This document shows positions 1 to 10,397 of a DNA stretch of 64,000 nucleotides, one piece after another. Positions within the stretch are counted from its first letter, which is position 1. The number at the start of each line of letters is the position of its first letter. The stretch lies in the NCBI GenBank assembly GCA_964019335.1, contig OZ025656.1, positions 558,001-622,000 on the forward strand, written 5' to 3'. The translations under genes and the position numbers were made by a program. The notes beneath the pieces were generated by a model that worked only from the letters and a program-made list of their open reading frames with translations, was not told the origin of the DNA and ran no database searches. This stretch comes from Diplonema japonicum (Eukaryota > Protista > Euglenozoa: Diplonemea).

Positions 1-50
1 ATTGAGTGAAGCCTTTCCTTACATTTTAGAAAACATTATACAGCGGCGGG

Positions 51-1874
51 ATGGGGCCATTGGACTCAATATCGGTGAACATGTTGGAAGGGAAGAAGGC
101 AAGGAAACAGGGTGTAGCGCGGAAGGTTCTTGTAAATGCCGATGTGAGGTGTCTTGAAGTCGTGGGGCGAGACGTGTGGACGGGGGACAGGGGAGGTGTG
201 ATCACTGTGAGGAAGGTGCGGACAGGGGAAGCTGTGCTGACCATCGCGCCTCGATGTGGTGTCAACGTGTGGTGCATACGGTACGTAGAGCTACCCTCGG
301 AAGGCATGACGCGACACGGTTGCGGGCATGTGTGGACAGGCATGTCGAATGGTGCCATCGTCGTCTACGACTCCGCAACACGAAAGGAACTCAATCACTT
401 CTGCAAACACTCCGGCGGCATCTATCAAATAGTCGACCACAACAAACGGGTGTACAGTTGCTCCAACGACTTTGAGATATTCGAATGGAAGGCCTCCAAC
501 CACCAGTTCATCAGGCAATTCTCAGGACACAAAGGTTACGTGCGCTGCATTCTCCCCACAGGCCCCACGCTTCTCTCCGGATCTGACGACACAACAATAC
601 GTATCTGGGACGTGGCAACTGGTTCTCCTGTGCACATTGTGCAGCACCATACCAAAAGCGTGCATGCCATGGTCAGGGTTGGAAACCACATCTGGTCGGC
701 TGGCGGAAGCGTAGTCATCGTCTGGGATTTACACACACTGCAGGAGGTAGCACACCTTACAGAGCACTGCGCTGCGGTACTCACGCTATGTAGGGTCGGC
801 ACACGGGTGTACTCGGGTGGCGCAGACCAAGAGATCTACGCATGGGACGCGACGACCCACCGCTTGGTAGGAAGTTTTACGGACCACACTGGGTGGGTGT
901 ACACCATGTGCAACACGGCCAAGGTGGTAAGGTACTTTATGTGGTCAACATCCATCAACGACGGGTGCCTGCAGATATGGCACCACGACGAGTACCACCC
1001 GATGAACTCGTGTGCGAAGGACTGCGAGAATCGTGTTGCGGACCTGCTCACTACAAACCCAGAAGGGCGGCTGGCGGAGCATCTGCAAGACACAAATGAA
1101 AATCTACAGGACAGGTGCAAGATGTTAGAGCATGATTTGGCGACAAACAAGATGAGAGTTAACATTCTTGAAAACGAATTGCGGCATCAAAACCATGCGT
1201 TAGAGCAACAGATGGGTGTGCAGCATGCTCTGTCTGGTGTGCTGAGTGACGTGAACACTGGGCAGATCCCACGTTTGGAGACGACGATACTTGCGAAGGA
1301 CACGGAGCTGGACAAGTACGCTGCCGTGCTGAAAGGGAAGACGAACGAGGTGACGACACTGAAGACAACGATAAGTGAGAAAGACGCACGTATTAAAGAG
1401 TTGGAGAGAAAGCTGACTGTGCTGGAAATGCAGGTGGATGTGACAGAAAAAGCACACACCAAGCACAAGCAGGCCCATCTAAAGTACATTGAGTGCAACG
1501 TCGACGAGGTACTGAAGCAAGCCAGGGAGAGAGAGGAGTCCTTGAGGTCTCAGACTGAGAGACTGCGTGAACAGCTCAGCGCTGCTCTGGACCTCCGGAG
1601 AGTAAGGAAGATAGAGGATGACATGGAAGTGGAGGCAGCAAGGTATGCGAACTGTTCTCTTATAATTACAACTTTCTTTAACAGAGCGCTTCGGGCAGGC
1701 CGCCCCACTCCAGATGAGTTCCCCCACAAGGAACAAGACACAAAAGAGGCACAGAGTCTCAGCTTCTCCCGCCCAGTTAAGGCCTTGCGCCGATCTAATA
1801 CACACGCCGTACTGTCCCCACAACGCCCTGCACCGCCTCCTGGGAACCCCCGAGGATCCCGGTCCAGATATTAA
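51..1874 (+). CDS. WD40-repeat protein with C-terminal coiled coil
   Basis: WD repeats such as GHKGYVRCI...LLSGSDDTTIRIWD, HHTKSV...VIVWD and EHCAAV...VYSGGADQEIYAWD, followed by a heptad-rich E/K/L region. The true start could be ATG 81. Confidence 0.85.
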   Translation: MGPLDSISVNMLEGKKARKQGVARKVLVNADVRCLEVVGRDVWTGDRGGVITVRKVRTGEAVLTIAPRCGVNVWCIRYVELPSEGMTRHGCGHVWTGMSNGAIVVYDSATRKELNHFCKHSGGIYQIVDHNKRVYSCSNDFEIFEWKASNHQFIRQFSGHKGYVRCILPTGPTLLSGSDDTTIRIWDVATGSPVHIVQHHTKSVHAMVRVGNHIWSAGGSVVIVWDLHTLQEVAHLTEHCAAVLTLCRVGTRVYSGGADQEIYAWDATTHRLVGSFTDHTGWVYTMCNTAKVVRYFMWSTSINDGCLQIWHHDEYHPMNSCAKDCENRVADLLTTNPEGRLAEHLQDTNENLQDRCKMLEHDLATNKMRVNILENELRHQNHALEQQMGVQHALSGVLSDVNTGQIPRLETTILAKDTELDKYAAVLKGKTNEVTTLKTTISEKDARIKELERKLTVLEMQVDVTEKAHTKHKQAHLKYIECNVDEVLKQAREREESLRSQTERLREQLSAALDLRRVRKIEDDMEVEAARYANCSLIITTFFNRALRAGRPTPDEFPHKEQDTKEAQSLSFSRPVKALRRSNTHAVLSPQRPAPPPGNPRGSRSRY

Positions 1875-2026
1875 ACTTTAGTAAACACGCTTAAATAATG
1901 TACTCATGCTTCATGCTATTTAGACTTAACGTAGATAGATAAACCTGTTAGAATATTATCTTATTATTTTTTAGTCCCATGTTTTTCTAATCAACAACTA
2001 GCCCCCGCCCCTCTTATGTTGACACA

Positions 2027-3219
2027 ATGAGCAGAGGTGCATACGTTACGGTGAAACACATTGAACAATGGGAGTATGTGTGTCTGCGTGATGGTGAAGT
2101 TTGCGGTGGGGAAGGAGAATGGGAGGTAGTGGACACTGAGAGGGGTTTTATGCTGGCGGGTGAAGGGGGTGTGCTGGAAGTAAATGAGATAAAGGAGTGG
2201 AAAGTGATAGCTTTAGGCGATGGGTCTGTTGGAATCGAGGCTGTAGGCGAGCAAGTCTATCTTGACATGTCTGATGAAGAAGAGGTCTTTACCAGCGAAG
2301 ATCGCCCTGCCGCGTGGATGGTTGCTGTCACGAAGCTCCCTGTCATAGATATGTCTGAGCTGACCACATCTCCTGCGAAGGTTAGCAAGGCGATCCTCTC
2401 AGCTGCGTCACAAGTCGGATTCTTTGCAGTTGTCAACCATGGGCTGGAACAAAGCGCAGAGCCCCTCATTGACACTGCTCACCGCACATTGCCTATAACG
2501 TCAACGCCATTGATCAAAACAAACCTTGCCTCGTCTACAGGGCACGTGAAGACTTCCACCCACGAGGGACCGGCCCTTCTTGAACTCCCTCCGTGGTGGC
2601 CCGTCGAAGAAGAGCACCGTGTCGATGAGTACTTCACAGCAGCAGTAGAGCTCGGGCAGCGTGTGTTGAACTGCATTGCAACTGCCTTAGACATCGAGGT
2701 GCCGGAACCATACAGCATACTCCGCATGATGTGCTACACAAGCTGTTCCGAGCCCGGGGTAACTGGTTTAGAAGCTCACACCGACAAAGACTGGTTGACC
2801 GTACTCCTTCAAGACGGCACTGCAGGTTTGCAAGTGGAGGGCCGTGGGTTTTCTGACTGGTTAGACATCCCTACAGCCCCTTCAGTCATCTTGAACATCG
2901 GTGACGCCTTGCAAGTCGCTTCAAATGGAAGATTAAAATCGAAAATACACCGAGCGAAACTGCCCGACACAGGCAGGCGTCTCTCTTTCCCTTTATTCAT
3001 CGAGCCAACAACGTGGCCTGAAGAGAATCCTCGCCAAGGGGCTCTTTACATTGTCCGTGAGTTGTACTCATTATTTTTTATCTGCCAAAAAGAAAGCCTC
3101 GTACAGGTTACACACGAGAGTCTTTGAGAAATGACGTTGGAACACACCCATAGGATCGCGAATACCAAGATTTGTCGGCAGAAGAAGAGCCAAGGCGAGT
3201 GCGAACAGTTACACAGTAA
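2027..3219 (+). CDS. 2-oxoglutarate/Fe(II) dioxygenase (IPNS/DIOX_N type) with an extra N-terminal beta-rich domain
   Basis: LPVIDMS and GFFAVVNHG (DIOX_N), HTD...IHR...RLS metal and 2OG motifs, NIGDALQVASNGRLKS. A probable intron at 3101-3153 (GTACAG...CCCATAG) extends the frame to TAA 3219. Without splicing the ORF ends at 3127. Confidence 0.85.
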
Positions 3220-3494
3220 GAATAATTGTGAGTGGATTAGTAAGGATCAGTTTTATTGGGCTAGAGACGGGTCCCCCCTTGCAGCTGACCATCAGCTGTG
3301 TGCAGTACCAGAGGTATGTTTTCCATTCCAACACATTACACGTAACCCAAAACACAGCACAAACACAAACCGGCCCCACATCCGTCGGGAGGCTGTGCAC
3401 TTATGTAGCAAGTATCCACCTTACCTTGTTCTGGTCTTCTTGTGGCCAAAGAAAGCACCCATTTTATTGGCACCCTTATCTTTACCAAAGGACG

Positions 3495-5321
3495 ATGCTC
3501 AACTACAATATACTCGTAGTCGCAGTCTGCGTGGCATTAGAAAGTTGCTTCCGAGGATCCCACCATGTGTGGAGAGATAAAGTAGATGCAGCGCAGGTCA
3601 CTATAGGAGTTTTTTCCACTCTAGCGTTCATCTGCGGTGTTGGTCTTGCATTAGGATGGATGGAAGGGTGGCGGCAGTGGGTCATACGGGTGCTCCCTAT
3701 CGTAGCAGCACTCGGTTCACGGGAAGTGGCACTCAGCGCACTTGGTTCATGTTGTTCGTCGCAGCTAACAGTTGTCTACTCCTCAGCCTCCATGCTCCTT
3801 CTTGCGATCCCTTTGTACATGGCACTCCGAGAACGGGTAACCACAAGCTCCTACTTCGCAATCGTTGCAAGTCTCTTGCTGTACTTCGTCCAATATGATG
3901 GTGAGCAAGCATGCCGCCTTGAGTGCCTGCTGCCAGTGTTCGCAGTATCTGCAGGTTTGTCTCTTGGTATCCTACTCTTCTTCATATACGGCAACGAGAC
4001 TGATGGGGGAAGCCTTGCCCCCGCCTTGATGACAGTCGGGCTCCTCTCCTTTGGACACCTATTTGGAGGCCCGGCCCCTTTCGTCCCCATCATTCTTCAA
4101 GGGATGAACAGGGTGGTTCTCTTCACTTGCATTATCCGGACCAGCAGGATGTCTTCTGCTTTCATAGACGTGTACTTCGCTGCTCTTGGTGGGTCTTGCC
4201 TTCCTGAGGTTTTTGGTGGCTCTGTTGCAAAGCTCTGCATGGTGGTCGTGTGCGGCATTGTGTGTGTGCTGCACCTTACGATCAAGCGCAGCGAGGTGTT
4301 GGATCCTTCAAAACCCGGGTACGCAACGGGTAAACTAGCATCTCTCGTGGCGGTGGCGGTGTTGGTTTTTTTTGTCGCCTATCCCAATGACATGGCGCAG
4401 CGACAGCAGGTCAAACAAGTTAAGATAGAGCAAGTGAAGCGGAGGGAGGCTGACCTCCCGAATGACAAGCTTGTGAACGGAGTGATCGTGTACATGGACT
4501 CAAAGAGGAAGCCCATCGAGAAGGCACTAAGGCTGGTACAAGAGAATTTCTTATCTTGCTGGCCCTACCCGGTGCATGTGTTCAAAGAAGGCGTGACGGA
4601 TGCCTATAAAACGCACGTGCGTCGACTCACCACATCGGAGGTAAGCTTCACGGAGATCGGTCACATCTTCGATAAGCCGCCGAATGACATCGCCATGGAT
4701 ACGGCAAACTTCTGGATCAAGGTTATGAAGTACGGGAGGGGACACCACTTCGGGTACAGGATGATGTGCAGGTTCTTCTCGGGATTGTTTGCACAGTACG
4801 AGTTTTTGAAGCAGTACGACTTTTACTGGAGGCTGGACACCGACTCATGGATAAGGGAACCAGTCTTGGTGGACCCTTTTAGACACATGGTGGTGAAGGG
4901 TTGCAAGTATGGGCACATGTCGAAGCTGCACAGGGACGCGCAGGACGTGGTGGTGAAGTTGTACGACACAGTCTTGGAGTGGGCAGCAGAGCATGGTGTG
5001 CCTGGAAGGAACATCAGCAGACTGAACAGGTACGTGCTGGACGGTGGGGGGAAGTACAAGAGGCCGATGTACTACAACAACTTCGAGATCGCCAGCGTGC
5101 CGTGGATCACGGGGCCTGATTATACATCATTCTTTGAATACCTAGATTTCACGGATGGGTTCATGAAGTACCGGTGGGGGGACGCACCTGTTCGCACACT
5201 GGCCGTGCACCTCATGCTGGAGGATGATGAGATCTGTGACTTCGAGGCGTTAGTACCCTACGTGCACGGCTACTTCAACAATAAGGCGTACAAGAATACT
5301 GGTATGTATAAAGTACCATAG
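3495..5321 (+). CDS. Fusion of a multi-TM DMT/EamA/nucleotide-sugar-transporter-like domain and a GT15 (Kre2/Mnt1-like) alpha-mannosyltransferase, copy A
   Basis: C-terminal GT15 motifs GYRMMCRFFSG, YDFYWRLDTD, YNNFEI and RWGDAPV. The N-terminal ~300 aa has about 9-10 hydrophobic segments, including the DMT-like LYMALRERVT. Start set at ATG 3495 by alignment with the paralog. Confidence 0.8.
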   Translation: MLNYNILVVAVCVALESCFRGSHHVWRDKVDAAQVTIGVFSTLAFICGVGLALGWMEGWRQWVIRVLPIVAALGSREVALSALGSCCSSQLTVVYSSASMLLLAIPLYMALRERVTTSSYFAIVASLLLYFVQYDGEQACRLECLLPVFAVSAGLSLGILLFFIYGNETDGGSLAPALMTVGLLSFGHLFGGPAPFVPIILQGMNRVVLFTCIIRTSRMSSAFIDVYFAALGGSCLPEVFGGSVAKLCMVVVCGIVCVLHLTIKRSEVLDPSKPGYATGKLASLVAVAVLVFFVAYPNDMAQRQQVKQVKIEQVKRREADLPNDKLVNGVIVYMDSKRKPIEKALRLVQENFLSCWPYPVHVFKEGVTDAYKTHVRRLTTSEVSFTEIGHIFDKPPNDIAMDTANFWIKVMKYGRGHHFGYRMMCRFFSGLFAQYEFLKQYDFYWRLDTDSWIREPVLVDPFRHMVVKGCKYGHMSKLHRDAQDVVVKLYDTVLEWAAEHGVPGRNISRLNRYVLDGGGKYKRPMYYNNFEIASVPWITGPDYTSFFEYLDFTDGFMKYRWGDAPVRTLAVHLMLEDDEICDFEALVPYVHGYFNNKAYKNTGMYKVP

Positions 5322-5481
5322 CTCAATTCACAATACCACAGACCACACACGACCGGAGTGCCCATCCAAGCACATGCAGAAGGTAGACGGCCACTACACC
5401 GCCAACGCAACGGACGTTCACTAATACTTTCTTTTTATTCTTGACATTATGTGGACTCTGCACCCTGCACACAGGTTAACG

Positions 5482-7410
5482 ATGCTGGGGACGGAGGTGA
5501 TACTGATAAGCATATGCACTTTGCTGGAAAATGGCTTTCGACAGTACATCGAGACGGGCCCTGAGACGGGGCTCAAGCCGAGCTGGATGGTGTGTCTCGG
5601 GTCCCTTGGCAGTTTGCTTATTCTGTTCGGCATGGGGGTATCGCTAGATGCATTGGCAGGGTGGCGGCAGTGGATCGTGCGTGTGGTTCCTATCGCGGTG
5701 GCACTCAGTGTGCGGGAGATCGCGCTCAATTTACTAGGGTCGTGTTGCGGGTTACAGCTAGTAGTCGTGTACTCCTCAGCCTCCATGCTCCTTCTTGCGA
5801 TCCCTTTGTACCTTGCGATCCGTGAGCAGTTCACCACAAGCTCTTACTGTGCAATCATCGCAAGTCTCTTGCTGTTCCTCGTTGAGTACGATGGTGAGCA
5901 AGCATGCCGCCTTGAGTGCCTGCTGCCAGTGTTCGCAGTATCTGCAGGTTTGTCTCTTGGTATCCTACTCTTCTTCATATACGGCAACGAGACTGATGGG
6001 GGAAGCCTTGCCCCCGCCTTGATGACAGTCGGGCTCCTCTCCTTTGGACACCTATTTGGAGGCCCGGCCCCTTTCGTCCCCATCATTCTTCAAGGGATGA
6101 ACAGGGTGGTTCTCTTCACTTGCATTATCCGGACCAGCAGGATGTCTTCTCCTTTCACAGATGTGTACTTCGCTGCTCTTGGTGGGTCTTGCCTTCCTGA
6201 GGTTTTTGGTGGCTCTGTTGCAAAGCTCAGCTTGGTGGTCGTGTGCGGAACGATCTGCATGGTGCACCTTACCGTCGTCCGACCGAAGGTGACGGAGACC
6301 CTGCGGCTGGGCGTGGCAAGGGGCAAGCTTGGATCGGTCCTTTCCCTGGTGGTGTTGATGTTCGTGGCTTTCTACCCAATCGCGGGTGCAGGAGCCGAGG
6401 GGAGTGGTAGCGGTACTGGTGTGCGCCACAAGGCAGGCGCCAAGACACACGCTCCATCAGGCGTGTCGCACGGACCAGTGGCGACAGAGCTAAAACCTTT
6501 TTACGAGACATATGACAAGGGGACGAAGAAGGAAGACAGGCTTGTGAACGGAGTGATCGTGTACATGGACTCAAAGAGGAAGCCCATCGAGAAGGCATTA
6601 ATTTTGGTACAAGAGAACTTCTTAGTCTGCTGGCCCTACCCGGTGCATGTGTTCAAAGAGGGCGTGACGGAGAAGTACAAGGAGGGCGTCAGGTCCCTCA
6701 CCACGTCGAAAGTAAGCTTCACGGAGATCGGGCACTTCTTCGACGCGCCACCCGGCAACATGAGCATGACAACGCTTAACTTCTGGATAGACGTGATGAA
6801 GTACGGGAGGGGGCACCACTTCGGGTACAGGATGATGTGCAGGTTCTTCTCGGGATTGTTTGCACAGTACGAGTTTTTGAAGCAGTACGACTTTTACTGG
6901 AGGCTGGACACCGACTCATGGATAAGGGATCAAGTCTTGGTGGACCCTTTTAGACACATGGTGGTGAAGGGTTGCAGGTACGGGCACATCTCTCGGCACC
7001 ACTCCGATGTGGAGTCGGTGACACGCAGGCTGTACCCGACAGTCTTGGAGTGGGCGCATGAGTACAATGCTCCTGATAGCAATGTGACAAGGCTCAACAA
7101 CGTGGTGACCTCACGAAACGGGGAGTACAGGAGGCTTATGTACTACAACAACTTCGAGATCGCCAGCGTGCCGTGGATCACGGGGCCTGATTATACATCA
7201 TTCTTTGAATACCTAGATTTCACGGATGGGTTCATGAAGTACCGGTGGGGGGACGCACCTGTTCGCACACTGGCCGTGCACCTCATGATGGGAGAGGAGG
7301 AGATTTGCGATTTTGAAAGCTATCTTCCCTACCACCACGGCCGTTACAAGAACAAGGCCTATGACCCTGGGAGTATGTGGAGGGGGGGAAAAAAAAAGAA
7401 AAAAAATTAA
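5482..7410 (+). CDS. DMT-like transporter domain + GT15 mannosyltransferase fusion, copy B (tandem paralog)
   Basis: Same motifs as copy A, with nucleotide-identical blocks shared with it. ATG 5482 follows a CACAG acceptor-like site. Confidence 0.8.
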   Translation: MLGTEVILISICTLLENGFRQYIETGPETGLKPSWMVCLGSLGSLLILFGMGVSLDALAGWRQWIVRVVPIAVALSVREIALNLLGSCCGLQLVVVYSSASMLLLAIPLYLAIREQFTTSSYCAIIASLLLFLVEYDGEQACRLECLLPVFAVSAGLSLGILLFFIYGNETDGGSLAPALMTVGLLSFGHLFGGPAPFVPIILQGMNRVVLFTCIIRTSRMSSPFTDVYFAALGGSCLPEVFGGSVAKLSLVVVCGTICMVHLTVVRPKVTETLRLGVARGKLGSVLSLVVLMFVAFYPIAGAGAEGSGSGTGVRHKAGAKTHAPSGVSHGPVATELKPFYETYDKGTKKEDRLVNGVIVYMDSKRKPIEKALILVQENFLVCWPYPVHVFKEGVTEKYKEGVRSLTTSKVSFTEIGHFFDAPPGNMSMTTLNFWIDVMKYGRGHHFGYRMMCRFFSGLFAQYEFLKQYDFYWRLDTDSWIRDQVLVDPFRHMVVKGCRYGHISRHHSDVESVTRRLYPTVLEWAHEYNAPDSNVTRLNNVVTSRNGEYRRLMYYNNFEIASVPWITGPDYTSFFEYLDFTDGFMKYRWGDAPVRTLAVHLMMGEEEICDFESYLPYHHGRYKNKAYDPGSMWRGGKKKKKN

Positions 7411-7899
7411 ATCCCAGGATTAAAGCGCCCCATGTGCCCCTCGAGTATTATGTACATGGATGAATCTGCAAAAATGCCGTACTATCCATGGCCCCCTAGA
7501 TATTACGAATAGGGGGAAGGAGAAAAGAGAGAGAGAGAGAAATGAAAAAAAAAAATAAAGATTAATGATTGCGGTATCATACGCATTGCCCCAGCAAGGG
7601 TTTCCCCTTTTCTTCTTTTTTTGCCATATCCTTAATTTTCAATTTTGTTCTCAAAGAAAAAGTAACACTGTGCTTTATCAAGGGGGCCAAAAAAAAAACA
7701 CTTTTTTTAATCTAGAAAACTAAAGTTTTAATTTAAAAATACGGGGGGGGGGGGGGGGGAGAGATCACAGGAAAAAGAACTGAAATAGGACGATGGGGAA
7801 GAAAAAATGAGGAGGGTGTCAATGTGTTAACAGAAAACTCTTTTTCTTCATGTTTTCCCCTCCCCCCACCCTTTTTTTTTTAAAAAAAGAAAAAAATGG

Positions 7900-8241
7900 T
7901 TCTTGGGCAGTGTTGACCACCTGTGCCTGTGTTGTTTTCGTTTGAAAGTCGAGGATGGTGGATATTTAAAAAAAAAGAAGGATTGCACTCGTTTTTTAAT
8001 GTAGTGGGAACGTTGCTACCTCCCCGCCTTCCTCTTACCACTGTGAGGTATTTAAGAAGGTTTTGAAGAAACGAGGGAAGGAAAAAAAAAAGATGCACGG
8101 CCCAACAATTTCTCAATCTTTTTTTTTTCTCCGGCAATCATTACTCCCCCCACCTGTTTTCTGTGAATCCGAGGAAAAAAAAGGGGGGGAAAGGGGACCC
8201 CCCCCCATGTGTCTTGTGTACTAGGCTGAGCTGCCCAAGAA
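7900..8241 (+). other. Fold-back structured intergenic/UTR element
   Basis: An 11-bp perfect inverted repeat, TTCTTGGGCAG (7900-7910) / CTGCCCAAGAA (8231-8241), encloses nested complementary segments. Confidence 0.5.
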
Positions 8242-8667
8242 ACCTTTTTTTTTTTAATATCCAGCTTTAACACTTTTCTTTTTTTCTTCTTAACACTTCT
8301 TTTTTTTTTTTCCCCTCTACAGAACGAAGAACATTTTTATTTTCTAAAAGAAAAAAAAAAGAAATAACCACCACCACCACCCCCCCCCCCCCCCCCCCCC
8401 CTTCTGCGCTTCGGTTTTAGCGATGCTTGTCCCAGGTTAACCCAAGGGCTAAAGACCAAGACATTTCTTCTTTTTTTTTTGTTTTTTTTTTTTGTTTTTT
8501 TTTTTTTTTAAAAAAAAAGCTTGATTTACTTATTTATTCTATTTGTTTTCTTTTTTTCTTTCTTTTTTTTTTATTTGCTTCCATTCTCACCCTAATTTAT
8601 AGGATTTCCCTTGCTTTTTTTTCTCTCTCTTTTTCTACACACGGTTTTTTGGGTTAACGAAACCACA

Positions 8668-10272
8668 ATGTCCGAGACAACTTTGCAAGCGCTGATTCAG
8701 AAATCGGCAGGGGAGTTCCTCCAAGAGTGTTCTGTCGCAAGCTCGAGGAAGAATGCACTTGAGAACGAGAGCAGCAGGCTTCAGGAAGGCATTCAAGAGG
8801 TTGGGGAAACTGTCAGAACCAGAGTGACAGAAGTGAATGAAGGGAAGGCAAAATGCATCGAACATGTGAGGGAGCGCGAGGAACTCAGAAAGCGTATCAC
8901 CGACTCAGAGAACTGTCTTGTTGGGTACAAGTCGCTTTTTGATAAATCCCAGAAGCACCTTCGGGACACTGTTCACCACATTGACAGCTCGCTCGCCCCA
9001 CGCATTCAGAACAGCAAAGCCTCACTCAAGCAGCAGGCATGCCATCACAAGCTCATCCAGGAGGTCCTTGTCCTCGAGCACAAGGTGAAGGCCAAGCTCC
9101 TCTCCGAGGCGGAGACCTCGTACCACGCCCTTTCCCTGCACTGCCTCCGACTTGTAGAGAGGAACGTCATCAGCACCGATGCCATCGAGAAGGGCCGCAA
9201 CGCCGCCGAGGCAGACAAGCTGCTGTGCGAGAAGGCTTGCGAGGACGCCAAGCACGCCAACAGAACAGTTAACCTCGAGCTGCGAACCCAGGAAATGGAA
9301 GAGGCAGCCCTCCAACAGCAATGCACCAGCTACGCCACCGGCAAGGACAGGATCAAAGAAGAACACACGGCAGCCGCCTTAGACGTCCAGATTCAAAACG
9401 ATCAACTCAAATCGAAAACTGTCGCTTTTGAAGAGTTGGAAGCAAAGCTGGCAGCCGTGCAACTCTCAGTCACCCAGCAGCAAGAGGCCACCAGGCTCAT
9501 GAACGAAGAGGCCGACAAGCTGCATAGCGACATCAAATACCAGGTGAGCATCAAGGAGCAGGAGGGAAAGGAATGCGCAAGCAGCCCCAGCATCGTGGGA
9601 CACGAAAAGAACACAAACGAGCTGCAACAATTGGAGAAGGACATCAAAGAGCAGGTGGTGCTTGCCGTCATTCACAGAGAGGCAAATGTACAGCTGAAAC
9701 GTGTGCAGGAGAAGCTTGTGGAGAGTCGCTTCGAGTTGGAGCATCAGTGCAACGTGCTGCAAGATGAGATGGACGGCAGGGAGAAGCAGCGCAAGGAGTC
9801 GCAGCTCAGGGGGAAGGAGGAAGTGAGGCAAATGTTGCTCTCGCTGCGCAAGAAGCAGCACGCGAAGCTCCACTACGAAGAGGACACGGCCAGGATGCTT
9901 GTGCAGAGTGAGGAGAGTGAGGCCAGAGCGCAGGTGGTGAGTCTCGCCGCCAAGGAACACGCTACAGTGCTTGCTGCGGTGAACAAAAAGTCGAGATCGC
10001 GTTCAAGGAAGGAAGAAGAAGTACACAGATCTTTGTCTAGACATAAACCTCAGAAGAGAAGGCATCTTAGCGTCCCGGAGTCAGCCTCAGGCAGGGTGCC
10101 TATGAAGAGGAGGTTCACTGACATGTTCAGAGAGAACAACAGCCAGGAGAATTCCGCACGCAGCGAGGCGAGCGCCCTGTGGTACGACCCGAAGGGCAGG
10201 GAGAGGTCTGCCCTCAAGAAACGTCCCGGGAACAGCAAGAACATTGACCTTTTTACAAAGCTGGAGATCTAA
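8668..10272 (+). CDS. Uncharacterised long coiled-coil protein with basic C-terminal tail
   Basis: 534-codon ORF from ATG 8668 with E/Q/K/L heptads, and gene-like GC/codon use against its T-rich flank. Confidence 0.75.
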   Translation: MSETTLQALIQKSAGEFLQECSVASSRKNALENESSRLQEGIQEVGETVRTRVTEVNEGKAKCIEHVREREELRKRITDSENCLVGYKSLFDKSQKHLRDTVHHIDSSLAPRIQNSKASLKQQACHHKLIQEVLVLEHKVKAKLLSEAETSYHALSLHCLRLVERNVISTDAIEKGRNAAEADKLLCEKACEDAKHANRTVNLELRTQEMEEAALQQQCTSYATGKDRIKEEHTAAALDVQIQNDQLKSKTVAFEELEAKLAAVQLSVTQQQEATRLMNEEADKLHSDIKYQVSIKEQEGKECASSPSIVGHEKNTNELQQLEKDIKEQVVLAVIHREANVQLKRVQEKLVESRFELEHQCNVLQDEMDGREKQRKESQLRGKEEVRQMLLSLRKKQHAKLHYEEDTARMLVQSEESEARAQVVSLAAKEHATVLAAVNKKSRSRSRKEEEVHRSLSRHKPQKRRHLSVPESASGRVPMKRRFTDMFRENNSQENSARSEASALWYDPKGRERSALKKRPGNSKNIDLFTKLEI

Positions 10273-10397
10273 GGTGACACTAGAACGGAGGAAAAAAACC
10301 TCTGTTTACCCCTCCTCATACCATCTTCCATATTTATTTACCTAAGCCCTTTTGTATTTTCCCCGTCGTGCTTCCACCCCTGCAGGATGTGCTGCAG

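Noticed and set aside
3131-3580. 149-aa ORF and the GTG-initiated N-terminal extension of ORF 3228
   Set aside because: It overlaps the spliced 3' end of the oxygenase and the GT15 start, and the paralog alignment supports ATG 3495.
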